Positions 26,894-32,516 of a DNA stretch of 32,516 bases are shown here, one piece after another. The DNA lies in IMG/VR virus record IMGVR_UViG_3300025751_000081, positions 1 to 32,516 of that record, one strand, 5' to 3'. The DNA is from a virus (taxonomy: Duplodnaviria; Caudoviricetes). Position 1 is the stretch's first letter. Each line of letters opens with the position of its first letter. A program made the translations under genes and the position numbers. The notes beneath the pieces were generated by a model that saw nothing but the letters and a program-made list of their open reading frames with translations, did no database searches and was not told the DNA's origin.

Positions 26894-27102
26894 TCAGCAA
26901 AATCAACTTGGTCAAGTGCTTGTTGCCAACATTCACTTAAATCAATTGTGTTAGGATTAACTGTTTCTTTGAATATTTCAGCATCCATTTGTTCTGTAAC
27001 TTCATCAAAGTCATCCCATTTTTCACGAATAATTTCACAATACCTACGCACAATTATTTCTTTTAATTCTTGATTCAGTTGTTCTATTTCTTGTTCATAC
27101 AT
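26890..27102 (-). CDS. Small acidic hypothetical protein
   Basis: 70 aa, 2 nt after the upstream gene; strongly D/E-rich. Confidence 0.65.
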   Translation of the reverse strand: MYEQEIEQLNQELKEIIVRRYCEIIREKWDDFDEVTEQMDAEIFKETVNPNTIDLSECWQQALDQVDFAD

Positions 27103-27104
27103 AA

Positions 27105-27368
27105 TTATACTTCTGATTCGTATTCAATGTCTTCTGTTAATGCATTGTCATATGCATCCCAACCTTGATGTCCTTCATATATAACTGCCCTGCCATTTGA
27201 ACTTATTGGATCTGGATTTGAAACTGTATCAACATCATCAAAGTCATTTTTTTTGCCAGCTTCAATGGCAATTTTTTCTGCTTCTTCTATGCTGTTTGCT
27301 TCTATGTGTTTGTATGCACCCCATTCAACTTCAACAAAATGAGTATACTTGATTGTGTATTTAGGCAT
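27105..27368 (-). CDS. Small acidic hypothetical protein
   Basis: 87 aa with IEANSIEEAEKIA motif common in small phage proteins; near-leaderless after TTTACA-N17-TATAAA. Confidence 0.7.
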   Translation of the reverse strand: MPKYTIKYTHFVEVEWGAYKHIEANSIEEAEKIAIEAGKKNDFDDVDTVSNPDPISSNGRAVIYEGHQGWDAYDNALTEDIEYESEV

Positions 27369-27373
27369 GCTTT

Positions 27374-27409
27374 TTTATACTTGATATACATTGTGTTGTA
27401 AATTATATT
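27374..27409. promoter_or_regulatory. Overlapping divergent sigma70-type promoters (tRNA on +, ORF 27368 on -)
   Basis: Plus strand TTGATA(27381)-N17-TATATT; minus strand TTTACA-N17-TATAAA, 5 nt before the ATG. Confidence 0.55.
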
Positions 27410-27457
27410 CATGGCGCTTGTAAGGTGCTTAAAATTGGATTAAAGCACCATTTATAT

Positions 27458-27533
27458 GCCGCTTTAGCTCATTTGGTAGAGCAACTGATTTGTAATCAGT
27501 AGGTGCCCAGTTCGAATCCGGGAAGCGGCACCA
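27458..27533 (+). tRNA. tRNA-Thr(TGT), 76 nt with encoded CCA; probable attP core
   Basis: Acceptor GCCGCTT/AAGCGGC, D stem GCTC/GAGC, anticodon arm ACTGA-TTTGTAA-TCAGT, T loop TTCGAAT, 3' ACCA. Confidence 0.96.
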
Positions 27534-27721
27534 TACACATTCTTTACACATATCAATTTTTAATCAATAAAACCCAATAGAACTGCCGTTAATTTGCTAA
27601 ACAGGTACATTTGTAACAAAGGCTTTCACCCAAAAAACCCAATAAAATCAACAAAAACCCAAGTAAATCAATCATTGTTCTTGCACACAAATAGTATAGA
27701 ATGTACACAGTTTTTACACGG
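27534..27721. repeat. Candidate integrase arm-type and accessory sites
   Basis: TACACA-N5-TACAC pairs at 27534-27550 and 27704-27719; AAAACCCAA x3, including a tandem 20-bp pair at about 27633-27671. Confidence 0.5.
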
Positions 27722-27723
27722 TT

Positions 27724-28887
27724 ATGAAAACACACAAATTAAGAGATGGGGCAATAACTTTACACACTAGAGGTGACAGCACCAAGTGGCAGGTGTACAT
27801 TAATATCAAAGGAGAACGGCCAATTAGACAAAGCACAGGTCACAGCAATTTGGATGATGCTAAACAGTTTGCAACTAACCTATATGATGAATGTCGCTAC
27901 AAACAAAAACAAGGCATAGCGATTCGTTCATATGGTTTCAGTGCTGTTGCAGACATGTACATCAAAGAACTACACAGCAACAAAGACAACAGTGTTAGTT
28001 CATTTCGTAAGTACAGAAGCAACAGTGGTCACATCAATAGATATCTTAAACCTTTTTTCAAAGACAAAACAATCAACGAATTTCAAATCAAACACATCAC
28101 AGACTATAAGAAATGGCGCAAGACTAATTACCTAAAAACTGTGCCTAGTGACAACACCATTAGACTTGAATTGAATGCACTAGCACAAGTGTTCAAAACT
28201 GCTGTGCATAATGGCATGTGCCTGCAATCAGAAATACCCAGCATATCTGCACCAACCGTACACAATCGTAGACCAGATTTTAAAAAAGAAGAATTACCTA
28301 AACTAAAAGACAAACTGCAAGAATATATTGATTGTGCACCAGACAACAGGATACGCGACAGGCGTATTGATCTGCGTGACTATGTGTTACTGCAATTGCA
28401 TATTGGATGTAGGAACGAAGAACTGCTTAACCTTGGCACCAAACATTTAGAAAAATTCAAAGTCACGGGACAACAATGTTACATTGCAACACTGGATGGT
28501 AAGACTAAACAGCGTAAAGTGTTTGTGGATGCATATGCGACAAATTTGATCAACAAGCGTGTAAAAAGACACAACGACAAGTTGCACAATAGATTGTGGC
28601 AGGTTGTGGATTTCAGCAACATATTTGGCAATTGGATAAAATGGAGTGGCCTAGAATACAACAGCAACAACGAAAAGCGTACCATGTACAGCCTGCGCCA
28701 TACCTATGCCACGCAAAAGATTATTTCAACCAAAGGTGACTGGGGTGCTGTTGCACTGCAAATGGGTACATCAATTGAAATGTTGCAACGACACTATTCA
28801 CATGTGTTGATAGAAAATCAAGCACATGTGTTGGACAACAAGCCTGCACTTGATAACACATTTAACAAATTGTTTGATGTTGATTAG
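27724..28887 (+). CDS. int: Tyrosine recombinase / phage integrase
   Basis: 387 aa; IGCRNEE (R), DGKT (K), YSLRHTYAT, MGTS and RHYSH (Y); N-terminal arm-binding-like domain; adjacent to tRNA. Confidence 0.93.
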   Translation: MKTHKLRDGAITLHTRGDSTKWQVYINIKGERPIRQSTGHSNLDDAKQFATNLYDECRYKQKQGIAIRSYGFSAVADMYIKELHSNKDNSVSSFRKYRSNSGHINRYLKPFFKDKTINEFQIKHITDYKKWRKTNYLKTVPSDNTIRLELNALAQVFKTAVHNGMCLQSEIPSISAPTVHNRRPDFKKEELPKLKDKLQEYIDCAPDNRIRDRRIDLRDYVLLQLHIGCRNEELLNLGTKHLEKFKVTGQQCYIATLDGKTKQRKVFVDAYATNLINKRVKRHNDKLHNRLWQVVDFSNIFGNWIKWSGLEYNSNNEKRTMYSLRHTYATQKIISTKGDWGAVALQMGTSIEMLQRHYSHVLIENQAHVLDNKPALDNTFNKLFDVD

Positions 28888-29141
28888 ATAATTTTAAAAC
28901 CAAATAAATCAGTGTTAAAAATTTTATTTAATTTTTTTGCTTGTAATTCCACACTGCCTTGTTGTGCAAATGCTGTGCGTTGATATTTTGGATTATTATC
29001 TAATTCACTTACAGTTTTTATTACCACTGCTTTGCCATCATATGTCAGTGCATACATGCAATCAGGTTGCAACACTAAATGTTTTTTACCAAAGTCATCA
29101 ACTAATGTTTCATTAACAACTTTTACAAGAGGCTTAGCCAT
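28884..29141 (-). CDS. Conserved-looking hypothetical protein
   Basis: 85 aa with AAGGA SD; PKYQRTAF..G....AKKLNKIFNTDLF motif. Confidence 0.75.
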   Translation of the reverse strand: MAKPLVKVVNETLVDDFGKKHLVLQPDCMYALTYDGKAVVIKTVSELDNNPKYQRTAFAQQGSVELQAKKLNKIFNTDLFGFKII

Positions 29142-29263
29142 AGTTCTATTCCTTCGATTACAACTATAATGCCAAGTTCAACTGCTAAGATAGTGTGATA
29201 CACAGTCCATAACACAGACTGTTTTTGTCCGTCAATTGATTTATATTTCTTTTTCATTTTCAT
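29123..29263 (-). CDS. 46-aa single-TM peptide MKMKKKYKSIDGQKQSVLWTVYHTILAVELGIIVVIEGIELWLSLL
   Basis: Below the track cutoff; fills the gap between two minus-strand genes and overlaps both; basic N-terminus plus a hydrophobic helix. Confidence 0.65.
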   Translation of the reverse strand: MKMKKKYKSIDGQKQSVLWTVYHTILAVELGIIVVIEGIELWLSLL

Positions 29264-30131
29264 TTTCTTTCATGCTAAACAATTTACTTACATCTCCATT
29301 GAATGCATAAGTGCCCATATGCACCAAACTAATACGGGGATCTAACCAAATTTTAAATCCAAGATTTTGTGCTAATCTTGAAAAATAATAATCTTCTGAC
29401 AAGTAGCGTCTTGAATTTTTTACAAAATGCAAAGCACCTTCGCCTTCTATGCCAGTGTCAAAAAATGCATAACTGTTTGCAACAACATCAGGATGTAAAT
29501 TTTTTACATCGTTGTCATATTTGCATTCAGGATATGCTTTAATCATTTCTTCAAACACTTTGCGTTTAATCATCATAAAACCTGTGGGTGCATCATGTAG
29601 TTCTATTAGTCCATTTGTCATGTCCATGGTTTCACTTTTAAAATTAATTGCGTAGTTGTTGCTGTATTTTTCAATCATCCTTGCGTCGCATTCACCACGC
29701 TTAACAGCACGAATAACACTTTTCCAATTGATACCTTTTTTAGGATATGCACCTGTAATTATGTCAACATCATCACGCATTGAATCCCATAGCATTTTAA
29801 CTATGTAATCACCTTTAAATCCAATATCCGCATCTATAAAAAGCAAATGTGTTGCTGTAGGTTGTGCTAAAAACATGCCAACCAAAATGTTTCTGCCTCG
29901 TGTTATTAAACTTTCGTTTGTTATTGTTGATGTGTTTACTTGTATGCCAGCATTACCTAACACACGCAAAGCATCCATCATGCTTTGATAATACGCATGA
30001 TAATACATACCCCCATATGCGGGCGTACATATTTGCACAATTGGTTTGGTTTTGTGCAATTCTGTTAAGTCCATTTGTACTGGACGATTTAGTTCTTGTT
30101 GAAATTGATCGTATTTTTGTTGTGTGTCCAT
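29241..30131 (-). CDS. GT-A fold glycosyltransferase-like protein (start revised to ATG 30131)
   Basis: ICTPAYGG, ESLITRGRN, HLLFIDADIGF (DxD), TGFMMIKR and YLSEDYYF motifs; ATAAATA at 30137-30143, 5 nt before the ATG. Confidence 0.85.
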   Translation of the reverse strand: MDTQQKYDQFQQELNRPVQMDLTELHKTKPIVQICTPAYGGMYYHAYYQSMMDALRVLGNAGIQVNTSTITNESLITRGRNILVGMFLAQPTATHLLFIDADIGFKGDYIVKMLWDSMRDDVDIITGAYPKKGINWKSVIRAVKRGECDARMIEKYSNNYAINFKSETMDMTNGLIELHDAPTGFMMIKRKVFEEMIKAYPECKYDNDVKNLHPDVVANSYAFFDTGIEGEGALHFVKNSRRYLSEDYYFSRLAQNLGFKIWLDPRISLVHMGTYAFNGDVSKLFSMKENENEKEI

Positions 30132-30136
30132 GCAAA

Positions 30137-30154
30137 TATTTATCTCGCTAAATA
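30137..30154. promoter_or_regulatory. Back-to-back late-type promoters (ATAAATA on -, CTAAATA on +)
   Basis: Located in the 49-nt gap between divergent genes 30131(-) and 30181(+). Confidence 0.6.
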
Positions 30155-30180
30155 GTAGCACTTAATGAAAGGTAAAAATT

Positions 30181-30726
30181 ATGGCTAAAATTACATATTA
30201 CACATCTGCAAAACAATTAGACGACTCTTGCAAGTCAGGGTTCGCTGGCAGAATGACTACATTTGAAACTTGCGGAATAGACAAATCACAAACAGAAAAT
30301 AAGCAACCAATTGAAGCAACCACAATTGATTTACCAACCACAGACATACGATTAGCAGAAATGGTTGCTGTGCAATCTGCATTGGAACATGCAATCAGTT
30401 TGGGTGCATCATCAGGCACAAGATTAAGTGTTTGGTGTGACAATGAAAATTGTGTAAGTGCAATACACAATGACATGGCACAACGAGATGACAACTTTGA
30501 CGGTGTTACTGATGAAGTGGTGCAAACAATTCGTATGCATCTAAAAAGATTAGGTCGCAAAAAAGGTTGGCCTATTGTGCAGGTGCGTACCAACACCAAT
30601 TCAATATCTAAAGAAATTACAGAAGCAGTTGGGGGAGAAACACAACAGGACAAACCTGTGATGGAAGATCCTTTGACTATTGTTGCAAAATTGCGTGAAG
30701 CTAATAAGAAGACTCAACAGCAGTAG
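30181..30726 (+). CDS. RNase HI-like fold protein, apparently lacking the first catalytic Asp
   Basis: TTDIRLAEMVAVQSALE...LSVWCDNENCVSAI matches RNase HI helix A and strand 4; the N-terminal YTDG is replaced by YTSA. Confidence 0.6.
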   Translation: MAKITYYTSAKQLDDSCKSGFAGRMTTFETCGIDKSQTENKQPIEATTIDLPTTDIRLAEMVAVQSALEHAISLGASSGTRLSVWCDNENCVSAIHNDMAQRDDNFDGVTDEVVQTIRMHLKRLGRKKGWPIVQVRTNTNSISKEITEAVGGETQQDKPVMEDPLTIVAKLREANKKTQQQ

Positions 30727-31240
30727 TTTTCATATATTCAGCAGGATAAACATAACCTGGCACTTTGTTGTAGGTTTGAAAAGGTCCTTGCAACATCAAT
30801 ATATAACCATTTGATTGTAGTCCAAGACTAAATGGTTTTGGACTATAATTATTCAACATTTTACTACTGTGTGTCCAAGAATCAATAACATGACTTTCAA
30901 TATTATTTTTTGACAAATCCATTTGACATTGATCTATGTTTACACCTTTGTATGAATGTTTGTTTATCAATGCTACAAAAGGAATATCTTTCATAATATA
31001 ACGCATGTGTTTTAACATTTTAGGCATGTTATTCCATTTGTTGATTCCTATTACAAACATACCTTTTTTATGAAACATATATGTTTTGATGTTGTTGTAA
31101 TTTTTTGGAGACGGCCCACTACGCATAAAAACTCTTAATCGCAAACTAGGTAAAAATTCATGCGGACAATTCATTCGCACTGAATGTGTTGCATGAGTTA
31201 TATCTTGAATTATTTTAGTGTTTATTGTTATTGGATACAT
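30701..31240 (-). CDS. Hypothetical protein
   Basis: 179 aa, TAATG-coupled to the upstream gene; no family recognised. Confidence 0.65.
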   Translation of the reverse strand: MYPITINTKIIQDITHATHSVRMNCPHEFLPSLRLRVFMRSGPSPKNYNNIKTYMFHKKGMFVIGINKWNNMPKMLKHMRYIMKDIPFVALINKHSYKGVNIDQCQMDLSKNNIESHVIDSWTHSSKMLNNYSPKPFSLGLQSNGYILMLQGPFQTYNKVPGYVYPAEYMKTTAVESSY

Positions 31241-31446
31241 TAAATTATTGCTTGTACTAATAAAACAACAACACTAATCAACACACCTACTAATGTTGAA
31301 AATGTCCACCACTGTGTTTTTTTAAGATTAGTAACATCATCTTGTATATGTTTGAGGTGGTTGTTGGCAATTATTTCTAATTTGGTATCTAACTTGGCTA
31401 CATGTATTTCAACTAGTGTTAATCTGTCTTGTTCTTTTTGTTCCAT
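31240..31446 (-). CDS. Small coiled-coil plus C-terminal TM protein (XhlA/holin-like)
   Basis: 68 aa after the tail fibre; IANNHLKHIQ coiled coil then WWTFSTLVGVLISVVVLLV. Confidence 0.65.
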   Translation of the reverse strand: MEQKEQDRLTLVEIHVAKLDTKLEIIANNHLKHIQDDVTNLKKTQWWTFSTLVGVLISVVVLLVQAII

Positions 31447-31455
31447 TGTTTATCT

Positions 31456-32516
31456 CTAATGCAAGTCTACCCAAGCACCGTTGGCATAACCTCTAAACTT
31501 GTTGGTTGTGGTGTTGTAATACATCTGTCCATTTGCCAAGTTTGAACTTGGATCAGCACTTGCTGAATAAAGTTGGAACACTCCGCCTGTTGAAACTATT
31601 TCCGTGCCAGCATCAACTTTCAATACATCATTGTTGGTGTCACCATTGACTACGAAATCAACATCCTCATTGTCTGGATTGACGATGACCTGTTCGCCTC
31701 GCATGTCCAAAACTCTGACCATTGTCGTGCTGTCATCTGGTGTAGCATACCATTCTAGGTGTGTGCCCAGTGCTCCGTTGGCATGTTGTTGTGATGCTTT
31801 GGCTAAAAACTTACCTGGTGTTTTGAAGTAGTTGCCCGCCTGTTCATCATATGGTGAAAAGTAAAATCCACCTACGATATCGCCACTGGCACAATAGGCA
31901 TCACTGCCATCCGCACCACTTCTCGCAAACCATACATTACCAAATTTGCCATTGTCACTGACACCTGAGGCATTTTGTGATTTCAATACCAGTGCTGGGA
32001 AACTGTCGTGTGTCGCCGTTACCTGTATACCTGCATTGTATAATAGGCTGTGATCTGCCGTGTCCGTGCCCTGTTTTACTGATATCGCCGTGTTGAAATG
32101 TGCCACTCCACCACCCCAACCCCATTCGCCCTGCGGGCCAAAGTTGCCAGTTGCTGAAGTTTGATCTGGTTTGATAACCATGTCAGCATCTGATGTTGTA
32201 ATAATCTTGTTGCCATTTACATCCAAATCTCCACCAAGTTGTGGGGTTGTGTCCTCTACTACATTGTTGATTGAAACTGCTTGTGCTCTTGCATCAGTAT
32301 AATATAAATTTGTACTACCTTCTGTTAAGTCGTCTGTGGTTTTTGTTGCTAATCTTGTGTCAAATCTACTATCTGTATAATATAAATTAGTTCCTTCAGT
32401 TAAATCACTTGTTGATTTTGAACTTAAATCTAAATTAGCACCTGTTTGTAAATTAACTCTGGCATCTGCTCTTGCATCTGTGTAGTAAAGATTTGTTCCT
32501 TCAGTTAAATCACTTG
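31456..32516 (-). CDS. Tail fibre protein, C-terminal part (same gene as 1..3851 across the circular junction; about 1630 aa if joined on the 19-nt overlap)
   Basis: Frame is open from 32516 to the stop at 31456 and is in register with the left-end ORF (GAA codon at 5 and at 32502). Ends ...GQMYYNTTTNKFRGYANGAWVDLH, a common fibre-tip motif. Confidence 0.88.
   Translation of the reverse strand, partial: SDLTEGTNLYYTDARADARVNLQTGANLDLSSKSTSDLTEGTNLYYTDSRFDTRLATKTTDDLTEGSTNLYYTDARAQAVSINNVVEDTTPQLGGDLDVNGNKIITTSDADMVIKPDQTSATGNFGPQGEWGWGGGVAHFNTAISVKQGTDTADHSLLYNAGIQVTATHDSFPALVLKSQNASGVSDNGKFGNVWFARSGADGSDAYCASGDIVGGFYFSPYDEQAGNYFKTPGKFLAKASQQHANGALGTHLEWYATPDDSTTMVRVLDMRGEQVIVNPDNEDVDFVVNGDTNNDVLKVDAGTEIVSTGGVFQLYSASADPSSNLANGQMYYNTTTNKFRGYANGAWVDLH
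32393..32516. repeat. Third copy of the 105-bp repeat (one synonymous difference) plus 19 nt identical to window positions 1-19
   Basis: 32393-32497 matches 1-105 except the last base (t vs a); 32498-32516 equals 1-19. Confidence 0.93.

Larger units (their letters stand above)
1..32516. mobile_element. Near-complete circular genome of an integrase-carrying podovirus-like phage or phage satellite
   Basis: Ends join in frame inside the tail fibre; complete virion and packaging module; int plus tRNA; no cellular genes. Confidence 0.88.

Noticed and set aside
27506-27522. A:C mismatch in the tRNA T-stem as a sign of a pseudo or hybrid tRNA
   Set aside because: The same A52:C62 mismatch occurs in natural proteobacterial tRNA-Thr(UGU) such as E. 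coli thrU; all other arms pair.
32393-32516. End-to-start identity as a true terminal repeat of the virion DNA
   Set aside because: It lies inside a coding tandem repeat of the tail fibre and is best explained as an assembly break.

Overview
The window reads as a near-complete, circularly permuted genome of about 32.5 kb from an AT-rich temperate podovirus-like element. The assembly breaks inside a 105-bp tandem repeat of the tail fibre gene. It encodes a full T7/BPP-1-type virion and packaging module: TerS, TerL, portal, scaffold, major capsid, tail tubular A and B, four ejection proteins and a tail fibre of about 1630 aa. It also carries a tyrosine integrase next to an intact tRNA-Thr(TGT), an HNH protein, a 2OG-Fe(II) oxygenase, a glycosyltransferase, a GNAT and a degenerate RNase H-like protein. 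I recognise no DNA or RNA polymerase, helicase, primase, sigma factor, repressor or endolysin. Nearly every transcription unit starts at an ATAAATA (or ATAAGTA) motif with no -35 box, the signature of T4-type gp55-dependent late promoters, yet gp55, gp33 and gp45 are not encoded. The integrase ends in a peptide resembling T4/RB69 clamp-binding motifs, and there are a structured non-coding locus and a candidate anti-SD small RNA. My lead hypothesis, which is inference, is a virion-encoding satellite that depends on a large T4-like helper phage for late transcription and probably replication, and may integrate into a host or helper tRNA-Thr gene. All family calls come from motif recognition; no database searches were run.
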